Shown: piece after piece, positions 41,870 to 56,799 of the stretch
How positions within the stretch are numbered: position 1 is the first letter of the stretch
Layout of the letters: every line of letters starts with the position of its first letter
Origin: Eledone cirrhosa
Taxonomy: Eukaryota
Direction of reading: 5' to 3'
Assembly (NCBI GenBank): GCA_964016885.1
Contig: OZ024742.1
Span: 191,208,001-191,272,000 of the forward strand
Length of the DNA stretch: 64,000 nt
Translations under genes and position numbers: made by a program
The notes under the pieces: generated by a model
The model's input: the letters and a program-made list of their open reading frames with translations, nothing else
What the model was told of the DNA's origin: nothing
Databases searched by the model: none

Positions 41870-41870
<1 letters not shown>
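41625..41870 (+). mobile_element. RTE LINE 3' end with (GAA)n tail
   Basis: RRPRARPGVRWLVNIHEIG; similar to 58780-58955; followed by (GAA)n(CAA)n. Confidence 0.7.
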
Positions 41871-41902
<32 letters not shown>

Positions 41903-41904
41903 AC

Positions 41905-42530
41905 TGCATTGCATCACTCATTGAGAGAAAGCAGTGATACACTGTAAGCACGATACTAGGCGAATACAGTGATGGGCGGAGAATGGCGAATCAGCCAACT
42001 TAAATCCAGAAGCTTCTCACGGGTCATCCTTGATTTATGCGGCCGTGCCTTATTAAGAAGTTATTGAACAAACTCATAGTGGAGGCATACTTGTGCGATA
42101 TTCGCTGCTAATCTGCCAGGATTTTGTCAAAAGACGTCGGGGGTTATTCTGGGCTTCGGTGGGAGAGGCTCTTAGTGGATGACACCTTTCCTGTCCCACC
42201 AGACCCATGACATTAATATAGAGATACCATATGTCATCACCAGTAGACAATAGAACGAAACCAGTTGGTTCTGTGATGGGAAAAGAGCAGATAAATCGCA
42301 GCTTCCGCCGGACATTTACGATAACGGCCAATCAGATTGTGGGGCACCCATTGGTCCAGCTTGCACACCTTCCCTATTTTATGCAAGTGATTGAGGATGG
42401 TTGTTTTCGATACCCCATGACTTTCGGAAAGTTAATGTGATGTCTGCCAAGGGTTGGCTTCGAGAAGCTCACGTAGCTGCTCGTCATTGTTGTCAGATGG
42501 ATGTTCTGTGCAAGGTCGAAATTCTAGGCT
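41905..42530 (-). mobile_element. Decayed mariner transposase fragment
   Basis: Minus strand HLHKIGKVCKLDQWVPHNL (WVPHEL motif) and SLYSPSIVLTVYHCFLSM (cf. YSPDLAPSDYHLF). Confidence 0.75.
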
Positions 42531-44149
42531 CTAATCAACGAACTAAAACCAAGCAATACAGTATCTGATACCGCAGTCAGTCCAGCTACTATAATTACTC
42601 ATTGTACTCATTGTTAACTGAGTCTCGTGGAACAACTTGAGATGAAGTGATTTACTCAATGACACAACACACAACTCAGTCCATGAATCGAACCCACAAC
42701 ATTATGATCGTTAACTCGAACATCCTTACTAGAAGGGCACGCGCCTCCACACCCAAACACACACACACAGATATATATAGTTATATGTATAATATTATAT
42801 GTATATAGGTATATAAATTTAATTATATATCTATATGTCTAGTTACACACACACATATTACACACACACATATATATATGTATATATATACATATATATT
42901 CTCGAAAATAATAGTAATAAACCCTCCACCAAAACATACAAGAACAATGAAATAAGTATATAGGAAGGTTGTGAATAAAACATTGGGGAGGAGTAGAAAA
43001 CCATATAAATAATAGAGTGTAACTTTGAAATCAATAACTACATTGCTGAAGTAACTAGAAACAATATAATTTGATATTTGAACAACGAAAGCTAAAATGG
43101 TGAATAGCACTTTGACAAACAATGTAATGCATTTTGGGCATTTTGCTATACATGCACCTACTGCTGCAGCTGCAATTTATGTTCTAATCGTTTGTGTTAG
43201 TGATAGTGGTGGTGTTGTTGTTGTTGAATTTGTTGCTGGCGGTGTTTCTGTTGCTTTTAATGGTATTATGTTTGTTATTGTTTTTAGTGTTAGTGACTGT
43301 GTTGTATTTTTTGTTGGTGTGTGTAATGATGTTTATGTTGTTTTGGATGTTGTTGTTGTGTTGTTGATGTTTTTTTGTTTCTGTTGATACTTTTGTCTTT
43401 GCTTCCATTTCTTTCATTTCATGTTTGTATACGGGAGTGTGCCTGTTAATGTGAGGTGTACTTGTCTACTGTTTTTGCGCCTTCTATATTTGTATATCTC
43501 ATTAGTGAAAGATATATGCTATAGAAATTAATGCGTACTGTTCTTTTCGCATGTAAAGTGAAGACTTTGAAATTACTGAATAACCTTTACACTGCACGAA
43601 GAAGGTAATCTAATCCGCAATCGTTTGATAATTATATTTAAGACACTTTAACCGAATGTTTATATAATATATTAGATTGAACTTGAAGTTATTGCGTATC
43701 GAAATTCGGAACGAAAAAGAATCGCTACATGTGTACTGCCATAAAATAAATTATTTTAGTCTCTGTCGAAAATATGTTATAAAATTCAAAGTATGTTAAT
43801 CTTAGCTGCCCTTCTCGAAAGAATTACATCGAACACTCAGTGATATACTCTTTGTTAGGTATTCTAAGTCACGGGGCTCGAAAATGTAGGGGAAAAACAC
43901 TGTTTGGTGACCGACGACAACATTGGCCTTAGCAGTGACTAGTACAAAGTCGAATCTGTCCATTTAAGTCAGGTATTATTCTTCTACTGGTCACAGCAGA
44001 GTGTGAGTGGAATGGTAGCCCCGGGTTTATGGCCGAAACGATAATGTTGGCATTGGAGAAAGTCTCACAATACGTGGCGGCCCAGATGAATTATTTATAA
44101 AAAAGCATCAAATTTTTCTTCGAATTTCTGATAAATTTTCATTAGGATT

Positions 44150-45010
44150 CGATTTCTTCTTCTACTTTTACTTCTTCGCCTACCAATTCCTGGGAGGTTG
44201 GTAGAGGTGGAGTCCGCAAACACTCCTTCTAGCGGGTTCTGTCAGAAGCAATCGTCTCCAAATAAACCAGCTGGATCCCTAAGTGAGACCGGCCGAACTC
44301 ATGAATGTTAACTAACCATCTTGCTTGCTATTTACCCCTGGGTTTCCTGCCAGTTGGTTTTACACATAAAAACCTGTCCGGCGATTCTTTCCTGATACTT
44401 CTAACCACAAGCCAGTATTATCAGATCTATGAACTCTCGATTTAGAGAAGTAACGGCTCTATGTAATGCGACTATCTGATCTCTGAGCTACGCCCTTTAT
44501 AGGGTAACCTTACTTCAAGTATCCTTCGGAGGAACCACATTTCGGCCGCTTTTGTTCACGATCGTATTATTTCGTACATTACCCAAACTTCATGACCATA
44601 GGTAAGAGTTGGCACAAATACCGAATTGAGAATAGTGAGTTTGGCTTTTACACCTACCTATCTCCTTTTGATTACAGAATGCTGCAGTCGTGGCATTAAT
44701 GCACTGACTCCTGTAATTATTGTACTTAATTCAGCTTCCTACCTTCAATCACTCATCAACACGGCCCCGAGATACTTGAACTTCTCCACCTGCTTCTATG
44801 GGACTCCATTTACATGTAGAGGCAATGCGCAGACTTCATGGTGAGGAAGACTTTTTCAGTTTTCGCACCACTGATTTTCATTCCACCCATGCAGCACTCG
44901 GCATCAAACCTATCAAGCTGCAAATTCCATCCAACTGATTTTACCCCTACCAGACTTGATACCACTACTAACCCTGCAGCGATGTCAATCCTGTTCATGA
45001 AAGTAATGAA
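44150..45010 (-). mobile_element. Decayed RTE LINE 3' half
   Basis: NLQLDRFDAECCMGGMKISGAKTE, EQVEKFKYLGAV and TYGHEVW; homologous to 58275-58955; (GAA)-rich tail at ~44150-44180. Confidence 0.8.
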
Positions 45011-45300
45011 CAGAAAGGTGACATACGCAGTCTTGGTGGCTCCGATTCCCATATTGAATGATTTCGATTTTGCACGAGATTTGGTATTATTTAATTCGTC
45101 GAAGAAATTATTCAATATTACCGAACATCTACTTTAGTATCTCTGTCTTTTGTCAAGACAGGTACTCATTTTAATCGATCCTCTTTGTTCATCACCACAT
45201 GCACAAACACGTGTATATATACACAGATACACGCCCCTGCCCATATTGTATACATATATATATATATGTGTGTCTGTCTGTCTGTGTATCTGTGTATGTG

Positions 45301-45377
<77 letters not shown>

Positions 45378-46050
45378 TGGCGAGAACATGAATAAACTGC
45401 CTTATTTTTCATTGTCCTACTTTCTTTAACTAAATATGATTAGCAGCGACTATTTTGCGTCGTGTCTTGTATTCTCAGTCATGAAAGCCTCATACAGATC
45501 TGAAGAGCTCCATCTAGCCTTCCCTAAACTCGGGAAAAGCATAGAAAAACGAACGTAATAACGATTGCTTATAGCTCACATTGTTGTTAATTCTTTTCAA
45601 CAAGAAAAAAAATGCTAACGTTTTTTTAAAGTTTTGTGATTATAAAACAGGTGATATTAATGATGTTGCTACGTTAAAGTAATCAAGTAATAGTATAAGA
45701 TGTGTTGGTAGTAATTGGACGAGGGCTGGGTAGCGTCTTGCTTTTGTGGAGAATGTCTGAAAGAATAACTATCGATTTATTATACTACACTGATTAGTCT
45801 ATTGGGAACGGAATTTATATGAGGAGGCTCTGAGAATTGAATGAGACGTAATTAGTGAGTGTATGGGATGTTGCATCGATATAAATTATTGGAAGACCGG
45901 ATAAACATGTACATAAACTTTGTAATAATTTAGTAATGGCGTGGTATTGATAGAGCGACTAAGTGTGAAAGTGAAAAATAAGATGGAGATAGAAAGAGAA
46001 AGATTGAGAGAAAGATATAGAAATACAAACAGAGACGAGGACAAAGAATC

Positions 46051-46135
<85 letters not shown>

Positions 46136-46136
46136 C

Positions 46137-46171
<35 letters not shown>

Positions 46172-46260
46172 TATGGAGATTTATATCTCAGTGTATCTTT
46201 GTAGAATATGAATTCACATGTAAATGCAACATGGTGAAATGAAAACACTGTCTCACTCAG

Positions 46261-47243
46261 ACTTTGGCGCCCAACAGGCTGAATATCGCCAGCTGACAGC
46301 ACTACTAGAAGCAGCGCCCTATCGTCAACACCATCAACAAGACACCCGACTAAACAACTAACAGCAAACAAATCCCCTACTACCACCACCATTACTACAG
46401 GAAGCCGATTAGTACACCCTCCTACCACTACCAGCAACACCCACACCACAAGTATTGAACCAATGTGGTTCCGATCTTGATCCAGGTCGGTCACAGTAAA
46501 AAGCAAGTAGTGTTCATTCATATATCCAGTGAGTAAGGAACATTAAATAAAGTGAATAATTTCAACGAGAAATCGAAACCGAGGTGTTTACTAATCTCGA
46601 CAGCTCCTTACTGCTCAATATGCCGTTTACTACTTACATCTTATATATTTATTTATTCAGAGAAATGGTGATGGCAATGGAGAAGTTTTGGTGAACTTCG
46701 TTCAATCTCACGCCGCTAAACGAAGAAATCAATATAAAGATTTAAGTGGGCGATCAACAAATCAAACAATACCTACTAATATATTTTCTATGTAATATGT
46801 TGTTAGTTACTTTCTGTTTCAGTCAGGTTTACCATCAGCTATAATCTAAGTTAAGGACGAGGTTGCATCAAGTAGAAGTACACACGTTAATTTAGAGGCA
46901 TCAGCACCTAAATAATCGTCTATACATGACAACTGCGACACAAAAATGATAGAGTTGATTTAACTTTTTCGTTACCATATTTCTAGTGAAAGACATTGCC
47001 TATGATTTTCAAGTGATTTTGAAAATTATCGAGACATGACCGGGATCCAGGAGCAGGGAGTGAATTCGTTGGGTGTGGAGGGCAATCGTTCAGATGTCAC
47101 ACATGTTCTCTTCTTTCCAGAAGCTAGTTCTGGAGAGGAGTTACTTACACAAGCCATGCCAAAGAAAGAAAAATAACACCATAGAAAGGACGAGGTTGCA
47201 GCAAAAAATAGATTATCAAGACATAATGATGGAAGACTTTTAG
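46261..47243 (+). other. Cluster of three exon-like blocks (46261-46485, 46661-46745, 46987-47243); unidentified gene or pseudogene
   Basis: AG acceptors at 46260, 46660 and 46986 (the last two after pyrimidine-rich runs). S/T/P-rich first block. RNGDGNGEVLVNFVQSHAAKRRNQYKDL can join in phase to KDIAYDFQVILKIIET*PGSRSRE*IRWVWRAIVQMSHMF. Reading frame is ambiguous. Confidence 0.3.
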
Positions 47244-47519
47244 ATAAAAATAACACTCCCACATTTGTATTACTTTATTTCTAAAGAGTCTATGACAGCC
47301 TATTATTTTAAGTAAGTTTGAACATAATCAAGAAGTTGGTATTACTAACATTCTCCTTAGTGTTTGATGCATAACATATCACTAGTTTTATGTAAAATTA
47401 TGAAGGATGACTGATGAATAAATATGATCAGCTTAACTCTTTTCTAATCACATTTCTAACCAACGACACTGCTTAAGGTTATTTAATAATTTTGAAATAA
47501 TTAAGATCTGCGAGGTATT

Positions 47520-47710
47520 TAATAATTGTTTCTACTTTTGGCACAAGGCCAGCAGTTTCCCCAGTGTATTACAGGTACTTTATTTTATCGACCCCGTAAG
47601 GATGAAAGGCAAAGTTAACCTCGGCGGGATTTGAACTCAGAATGGCAAGGGCCATAACTAAGCGTCAAAGCATGGCGTCCGACCCACTACCGATACTGCC
47701 AATCCAAATA
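47520..47710 (-). mobile_element. Family A SINE, well preserved
   Basis: Full core plus tRNA-like head (GGCAGTATCGGTAG..GAGTTCAAATCCCGCC on minus). Confidence 0.88.
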
Positions 47711-48054
47711 ATGTAACTTTCTTATTAACAGGCTGGTTCTTATATGCCTAACTTATCACATATTCCTACGGAAAATTATGATAGAACGTTGTAAAATAGG
47801 TATGAACAGTTTAATCGTTTAGTTACAATATTTCTAATAAAAGACAGCGTACGATTTTCAAATTTTGAACTTAACCAACATTTGGTGATTCACTAATATA
47901 ATTAATTTGTTCATTATTAAGCTAGCATTTGTAACGTAAGAATTCTTTTTCGGTTTAAATGAATGTAAACCCGGTACATAATTACGTCAACAGAGACATT
48001 TAATTACAGTTCTTTATGTTCATATTTGGAGTTCAACTTTGCATTTGATCCTTC

Positions 48055-48096
<42 letters not shown>

Positions 48097-48610
48097 ATTT
48101 AAAACTGCACTATTCACAAGTGTTTTTTAACCTTCATATCATGTCTTCCTATTTTATCTGATGAAAACACAAATGTTTTTGCATGATGATATTTGTTTTT
48201 GAAATGCGCATAATAAAATACATGGAACTCTTTTAACCATCTTTTGATCTTATATATTATGTATACTCCAGTCCTACAAACTGTAGAGTGCTTCTTATCC
48301 GATATCTGCATTGCTTTATTGTACTACAATAAAACTTACCTCCTACACACATATATATATATATATATAGCAACGATTGTTGCTAGACACTACGGCTTAA
48401 TACGGGATGTTTGTTTACAAACACACCGAATATTATAATAAATTTTCGGTGAATCCATACGTACATATATATATATGTGTGTATGTATGTATATATATAT
48501 ATACATACTACTGTAGGTATGTATACATATATGTATCTACGTATACATACTTATATTTAAGTAACAGCCGTACTAAGAATGGGAAATGAAATTTCGTTTC
48601 ATTTTTTCCG

Positions 48611-48665
<55 letters not shown>

Positions 48666-49244
48666 GTGTGTGTATGTTTGTGTTAGCGGGAGTGTGAATA
48701 TTTACGCTCCTGACCGCAATATAAATATTTTGAATCGAATGTTCTACATATTAATTTAGACAAGAGTGTTGAACTGATCACCCTGAGGTCGACTCTATAT
48801 GCCCTACACATTAACAACATAAACAATCTGATTGACGTTTATAACAATCACTAAACTTTACACGATATACGATCTATAGCCTATCTATTGAACCAATTCA
48901 ATATTTTCCTTTCCAATAAATACACGAATTAACTAACACCCATTTTATGTTTGACCTATTATGGTAGATCCTCGTAAGTTTTGACAGTAATATTCAAACT
49001 ATTAAAGTATCACAGCTCAGTTGGTTGATATTTGAAAATATTTTTTCCTCCACAATAACACAGGCGTACACATGATAACCATGTATGGCTATCATGTTCG
49101 CTTCTCAAATACAATGTTCTTAATTCAGTCCTTTTGAGGATGTATCCAAATTAGCTTTGGAGTGACGATCGACGTGTGAGTTGTATAAAGTAGGCAGAAT
49201 AAAGCAGAAGCTCGTTGTATATATATATGTAATAGAAATATATA

Positions 49245-49458
49245 TACATATATAATAGAAAAAAAAACAGGAAGTTTCGTTCTCATATAAAATATATGTA
49301 TGTGTATCGACCAGTTAGGCGCGTTTCGCAGACGATTGGCTCAAGTAACCCATAGGAGTTATGGACCCGATTCCAGTATCGATCTACTCGGTAGGCTGGT
49401 CATATGACAAAAAAAGGTATATGTAAACGAAACTTCCTCATTTTTTTCTATTATATAC
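49245..49458. repeat. TA-embedded element with ~35-bp terminal inverted repeats and an HHR-like GAAACGCG half
   Basis: TATAATAGAAAAAAAAACAGGAAGTTTCGTT ... AACGAAACTTCCTCATTTTTTTCTATTATA. Confidence 0.7.
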
Positions 49459-49551
49459 ATTCTACCTGTGCATAGAGTGTTTGATTTGGTACCACCACTA
49501 GTAATTCACTGTACTATACACACACACACACACTATATGTATATTTATATA

Positions 49552-49648
<97 letters not shown>

Positions 49649-50659
49649 ATGTGTGTATGTATGTGTGTGTATGCGTGTATGTGTATGTGTATATATATTT
49701 TAAAGTATCAATATCTATTTAATACGTATGATCATTATGTTTCTCAATAATTACAGGGTCGATAAAATAAAGTACCAGTAATGCACTGGGTATATGCTGG
49801 CCTTGTGCCTAAAGTAGAAACAATTATGTTTCTCAATAAATAAACTCAATGGAACTTAGTCAGAGCCTCAATCATCTAAATTTAAAACATATATATATAG
49901 AGAAAGAAACATATATCGTTTGAAAAACACATGACATTTTGTACACAAGAGAGCAAATAATATTCTGGAAAATATACATATTTCAAGATGGTAAAAAGGC
50001 ATTTTACCTTACTGCGCTGATCATAGGGCAAAGATCGAAATAAAACCATAGATGTAATTAATTGATTATCGGTTATCTACTATCGATTTTAGTAAAACAT
50101 CGAAATACAGGAGCTAATCATCAGAGAAATTGTCTTAATATATGACCAACATTGTACAAAATTCCTGTATATCTGTCGAGGTCAGACAGTATAACCTCTA
50201 CAGCACACTGTGTTTAAACATTTATCGCCCAGGGCAGATATAAATAAGAGTGGAGATTTGTAGGGTCTGGAAAGAGCTCCGAAAAACCACTTCCATTTAA
50301 AGTGACACAACAAAATAATAAATTTAGAGTAGTTATATACTATGTTATGTATCAATACATATCTAATATGTATGATGACCTTCTTTCTCAATAAATAAGC
50401 TCAATCCATCTTGGTTCAGAATGTCAAAGGCATATGTTATATATATTTAGCCGCAGAGGATATGGTGTGGGCCCGGGAGTGAGTGCGGAATGTACGAACC
50501 GCCTCCCTAGCTATGAACGGAGACAACTCAGTTCGGGTACTCCGATCGGCTTAATCAACCCCACGGGGGGGGGGGCTCTTACAGACGTCCGCAGCGAATA
50601 CATAACACATGACGGAACGTGTGCGGGGTTGGTGACAACAACAGGAAGCGAACCCGTTC

Positions 50660-51806
50660 CCGTAATGTCATTTAGTTTAACCCCCCCCCCCCCTTCTGCG
50701 CCGGTTTACGCAACATCATAGCGGCCTCTTTCTTCAGCGCTTTGGATAAGCACTTCCATAAGCACCACCGGTACCACGTCATTTTCAACAGGCACACTAT
50801 TAAATTGTCCTACTCCACAACTAGAAAACTTGCGCAAAATATAGAAGCCTTGAACCGCAGTAGATTAAAATCGTCCGCAACACCAGGGGAAACAGCAACC
50901 GTGAAGAGACACACTGTGCAAATACCTCTCCCTCTGTTGGTAACATCTTAAACCGTGAAAGACCGGGGAACCATACAACACGATCCGGAGAACCGGGCGG
51001 AAACACTCCTCCGGGCTGTAATTGTAGAGAGCCCAATAACTGTCCCTTGGAGGGTAGGTGCCTCAGCAGTGGCTTAGTATATGAATGTAGGCTGAATACG
51101 AACAACCAAACCTTCATCTATATCGGAGCCACAGCAAATAAATTTTAGGAACGCTGGTACAATCACTTCCACACCTTTAAGAGAGTTGATAAGAAACACA
51201 GCACCGCCCTCTCAGAACTGATGTGGCGTCTCAAACATGATAACGTAGAATACACATTGTCGTTGGCCTCAGCCCAACCCTACAGAGGGGGCGGGCATGA
51301 CTTGTGCGATTTGTGTGTCACCGGGATTATGGAAATAATCGCGAGGGAGTTATCAATAAAAGGAGTAACCTCATCAGCACCTGCCTCCACAGATCTTCTG
51401 GAACCATCCTCAAACTGTACAAACTAACAACGTAGTTGTGCTAGTTGAGGACTACTGCAACCTTGACCGTGAAAGCCGGGCGTGGACACGCAACATTCCC
51501 AGCATCAAGCGAACCTTGGATATCTTGTTTGCAGGCCTGGAGTCTCGGTGTGTACATGTTTCATGCCCCTTGCTTCTTATTCTCTGTTTGTATACATACT
51601 GTTTTTTTAAATGTATTTTTGTCCCGTTTTTTCATTATTGTGTTCTCGATTTATTAGCTGCTTCTTCCTGTCCTTAATTTCGCTTCCCGTAACTCTCTTC
51701 CATAGCCCAACAGCCCTTTTAATAGTATTGTTGCCACTGTAGTTAAGACTGAATGCTATAATTATTGCTAGACTTGGAATGATAGAGAGGACTGTATTAA
51801 CTGTGC

Positions 51807-51810
<4 letters not shown>
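50660..51810 (+). mobile_element. 5'-truncated Penelope-like element (Naiad-like) with GIY-YIG endonuclease, disrupted
   Basis: NVI*FNPP; LDKHFHKHHRYHVIFNRHTIKLSYS; GCNCREPNNCPLEGRCLSSGLVYECRLNTNNQTFIYIGATANKF*ERWYNH..STALSELMWRLK..CDLCV..INKRSNLISTCLH. Confidence 0.9.
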
Positions 51811-51846
<36 letters not shown>

Positions 51847-52939
51847 ATTTAGTAGTCAAATACAATTATTAAGCTCTAAGAAAATACTTCTGAGCATTAC
51901 AGTACAATTTAAAAAATATGATCAACACTAATGTGTTTTTTTTTGCAAAATGACAATAATTTTTTAGCCAGATAGAAATACCTTAATTCAAGTACATATA
52001 GTCCGCCTGTATCGATCTAGAAAATATTAAATATTAAATCTATACTTACAGACGTAATATATAGGTATTTATATAGATATTTTGTCATCCTTTATATATT
52101 TATATATATAGATACCCATATATGTTTCTATCCAATTTTCGCTTCCTTGTTTCAATGGATTACTATTGTAGTTAGTTTATTTTTCATGGAAGCGTGGCCT
52201 TTTCCTGTTGCTGCCGTCATCGTGGTGGGATCATCACTTGTGCTGTTATTGTTGTTGTTGTTGGCGGTGTTACCAATGGGCTTAATACTAATATAAATGA
52301 TAGCACCACTGAACTTCTTTTTATTGCTTTGACGTTATCGCTGTTATTGTCGATAGGGTGGGACCGTCAATACGAATGTTGCGGCCTGTAAACACGATGC
52401 TGGTCTGTGTTGTTGCTGTTATTGTTGTTCTTGTGTTTACTGTAGCTGTTGCTTTAGTTGTCAGTTGGGTGGTAATATCACTACGACTGTTGCGGCCAGT
52501 GTGTTGTCGTTGTCATTGTTGTTGTTGTAGTTGTTGTAGTTGTTGTCTATAGGTGGTTGTCAACAAAATATATACCCCCACCCTCTCCCAGAGCTACATT
52601 TATTGCTTTCACTGTCTACTGGGTTTTGGCTACACACAGTTCTTCGTTCTTTTCGTCTAGTTCGTTGATAGGTTTCTCTAGCAAACCCGAGGGCTAGCAT
52701 ACCTTTCAAGGAACTCATATGTATGCTGGGCACACATGCATTATGACGTGTGTTTTTCCTGCCAGCGACATATCAAGTATATCGAATTTCAACTGAGGAA
52801 ACCGTTCTCATAACCAACAGCAAATGCATGGAAGACATCTCGATAGCATGGAGAACAGTGGAAATAATTATAATGATTAAACGATATATGTAACCTTAGC
52901 ATCTTATTTTATTATATTATATATTTGTTATATATTTAT

Positions 52940-53110
<171 letters not shown>

Positions 53111-53224
53111 TATATACATATATATATATATAGTAATAATAATAAATTTGAATACTAAAATCCAAAGAGGGCTCGATAAGGATAAATATATTTCAAATAT
53201 ATAAGAACCGTAGAGCAAATATTT

Positions 53225-53428
53225 ATTAAAATAACAGATTAACGTTTAATCGCTGCTTTCACCCTTAACGGGATCTTCTGAAACTAAAAAGGTCAATCAG
53301 TGAACGCAGAAGTAAATATTTCCCAAAACGTTGCAACTGGAAGAAGACAGGTTACTTTGGTTCGTGGAAACGTTCCCATCCCGTTAAGGCTGAAAGCAGC
53401 GATTCTTTGGTTAAACTTTAATCTGTTA

Positions 53429-53435
<7 letters not shown>
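53225..53435. repeat. Fold-back with HHR-like arms
   Basis: TTAAAATAACAGATTAA..AATCGCTGCTTTCACCCTTAACGGGAT pairs with ATCCCGTTAAGGCTGAAAGCAGCGATT..TTAATCTGTTATTTTAA. Minus strand of the left arm reads CAGAAGA-TCCC gttaa GGGT-GAAA. Confidence 0.8.
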
Positions 53436-53482
<47 letters not shown>

Positions 53483-54544
53483 ATGTGTGTGTGTGACTGA
53501 AGTAAACAATAAACATATGTGTGCCGATCCTTATGTGATTTAACTGCGATTGCGAGAATTGTTTATCTATAGACTTCCATATAATATTCACGTAAAAATG
53601 TCTTCTTTGCGCATTTCTATTTAGACTGAAAAAGATGATCACCCTGGCCCGAGTTTCGGTTCGACTCAGAACACAATTTAGAAGCTGGGCATATCTCTCA
53701 CAAACCTAGAGCAATACATTACAGATTGCTGTTAAGCAGAAACCCATTCAAATTTGCTTGTTTAGATAGGTGAGGATGGCGAGTGCTTCTGGTGATTTCC
53801 ATCATCAGGGCTTACGAGATTTATGGGAGGAAAGAATGAAGTTACCTCTAAAATAGCAACCTGACCGGAATATAGACAACAAAGTGAATGGTCTCTGTTA
53901 AAGGCACTCAGGGACTGGGTTTTAACTTTAAATGTAAGACGCCGAAGTTAAAAGTATTATTTCTCGGACACTCTAAGAATTTCTCCAACGAACCACGGAC
54001 TAAACGTAAGAAATAATAAAAACAAAGTTCGAAATTTCGAGCTAAGATACTTCAGCTCTATTACTGTCGTTCTGGCCATCTATTGTGAACATTACTGATT
54101 GTAAAATAGCGTGTAGACACACCATTCAGTGATAAGAAACAATACCTATCATCACCCACTTGCCATATCAATATAAATCAGCTTCGTTGATTTAGTAATA
54201 GTAATTCACACATAACAACAAATAATACTTTATTTATATATTTTTGGGGGCGGAAATTGGCAAAATATTTGGGCGAGTAAAACAATACTTTTTAGCAATA
54301 ATTCATGCTGGTTGTGTCCTGAGCAAAGGAGTTCAATTCTCATTTTCATGCTTTCGGAATGTATAAGTGAAGTTCCAGTACAATACTGGTTCTTCTTCTC
54401 CTCCTCCCCTTTTCCGCCCTTTCTGAAAGGTCAGCCTGAAAAGGGTTTGAATCCACCAAATTTAAAATGTCCGGATACATCTCTACAAAGCTAGTGGGAA
54501 TTAGATATTCAGCGATCAATAACTTTCGTGCAAAAAATTATTGA

Positions 54545-54791
<247 letters not shown>

Positions 54792-56799
54792 TTCCTGTTT
54801 GCCCTTGTCTGTGTGTGTTTATATTTGTGCCTGTGCGAATGATTATGTCCCGTATCTTAGCGGTTTGGGGAGGTGATATGGATAAAATAAGTATTACACT
54901 TAAATATTAATACCTGAGATTATATTATCAAGGAAAATCTTCCAATGCAGTGCACCAGAATGAACACCCTCATGACTGAAACCAGTAAAAGAATAATCGA
55001 ATAAAATGAAACGGTCATCATTTTGTTTATGACAGGAAGCTATTAATACAGATTTATCTTATAACCGTATCTATAATATATTTTTACATGCTATGTTTTA
55101 ATTATTACTAAAGTATCACACATTACTCATTCCTGTTTAAATCTATGCAATTTTATCTTTAATAAAAGGCCATAAAAATACAATCAAATATTTGTATAAA
55201 ATCGATAGTGCCAAAAATGGTGGCAAGAGAATTAAAAGGTATCTTGGTAGACATCTTGATAAAAATCTACACATTACAAATCCATTTCCCTGAATCAATG
55301 ATTAAGCTATTTAAAGCATTTCATATGAGCTCCAATATAAGACACTTTATCCATCTATAAAACCCTAATATTATTTTATCACGCGATCTTCTCTTCTCGA
55401 TGCATATGCCAGTCAAACATGGACTTGGACACATATTGATTATGCTAAACAACCTCTAAGCTAGAGTAGAAAGTTATAAAAATTGAAAACGCACATTCTG
55501 TTATAGGAAAACATGTCCCTGACACAGCTTACTTTAAAATTCAATTTGTCAGATCAAATTACATTTACAATCTCAAAGCGTGTTAAGTTGTAAATCCTTC
55601 AAATGCGTTGATGAATAATTTCACATTAATCCAAGATGTCCTTCACATGCAACGAATGATTCTATATTATAAAAGCTCAATTCATTTCTCACTTTTCAAA
55701 ATATCGATTTCTATTCATTCAACATGCGTATCAACCATTTACACCACCCTAGATTGAGAGATGCTATGTAAAATCTGTGGACTCTGCTCAAACCTTAACA
55801 AAATACTAATAACGACAAAATTGATTATGGAGGCCCATTATGAAAACGTATTGACTTGAAAGATTTATTCGGACTGCGGTATACTACGGGAAATATTTTG
55901 ATAATGCACCAACCCCTGAAAACAAATTGGTGTTAACGATTAATTAACTGTCATACTGTAGCCTATTTAAGCACAGTATTGAAAACAAGCTCTGCGTTGA
56001 TATGGTCACATCTAAGAAAAAAATAATCGATCGCCTATATAGGCATGTGACCTTAAATATAAAAAAAGCGTATAACCTATTAAAGTCGCATATATTCTCA
56101 CGAGAGTGAATTAATGGAAAAACCGACACCATTGATATTTGAACTCAAAGCGAAACGGTACACAAATAAGAAGATTGGTGAAATATATACTATTTGTTAT
56201 ACAATAAAGTCAAAATGTATTCATCCCAGGAATATCAAAAAGTATTCATGAACCTGGAGTAACCATATTCTAGAATGTGTGTTGTATCCTTAAGCGAGTC
56301 ACTTCATGTCACATTGTTGCAGTCCACTAAGCTGGAAAAATGAGATATGTGTGTTATTCAATGTGCAAGTCTTGCGAATCTAAACTATAATAAAGTAAGT
56401 AGCGCGAAACAGCATCCAGAATACATTTGTTTATCCCGTTTGTAAAATAAGTTCGATCATTTTGAATAAATAATGAATGAATATTACATAATTTATGTAC
56501 TAAATTTCGTAACTACATTTCGTATTTATAAATAATTTAAAATTGACTTCTTTTCAAAATTTTAAATTTCTACACTTCCGGTATATCGTCGCCACCACCA
56601 CCACTTCAACTACCATATATATAAAAAGAGAGATTTTGTGATGAGAGAGAGAGAGAGAGAGAGATTATGATTTTCTACACGCTGACACGTATGATTGTGC
56701 ACATACATACATCTATATGTATGAGTATATAACTATTGTGAGTATACAATTATAATCGCGCAAACACAAACTTATAAAAATACACACTCAAGAACATAC

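Noticed and set aside
47625-47705. tRNA gene suggested by GTTCAAATCCC B-box
   Set aside because: It is the head of a multi-copy SINE; no complete cloverleaf.
50060-50130. Minus-strand CTGATGA with downstream hairpin
   Set aside because: No GAAA or stem I partner is recognisable; at most a badly decayed HHR.
53766-53950. Exon-like patch with TGA-interrupted frame (IGEDGECFW*FP...)
   Set aside because: Alternative frames are equally plausible, there is no good donor, and no homology is recognised.
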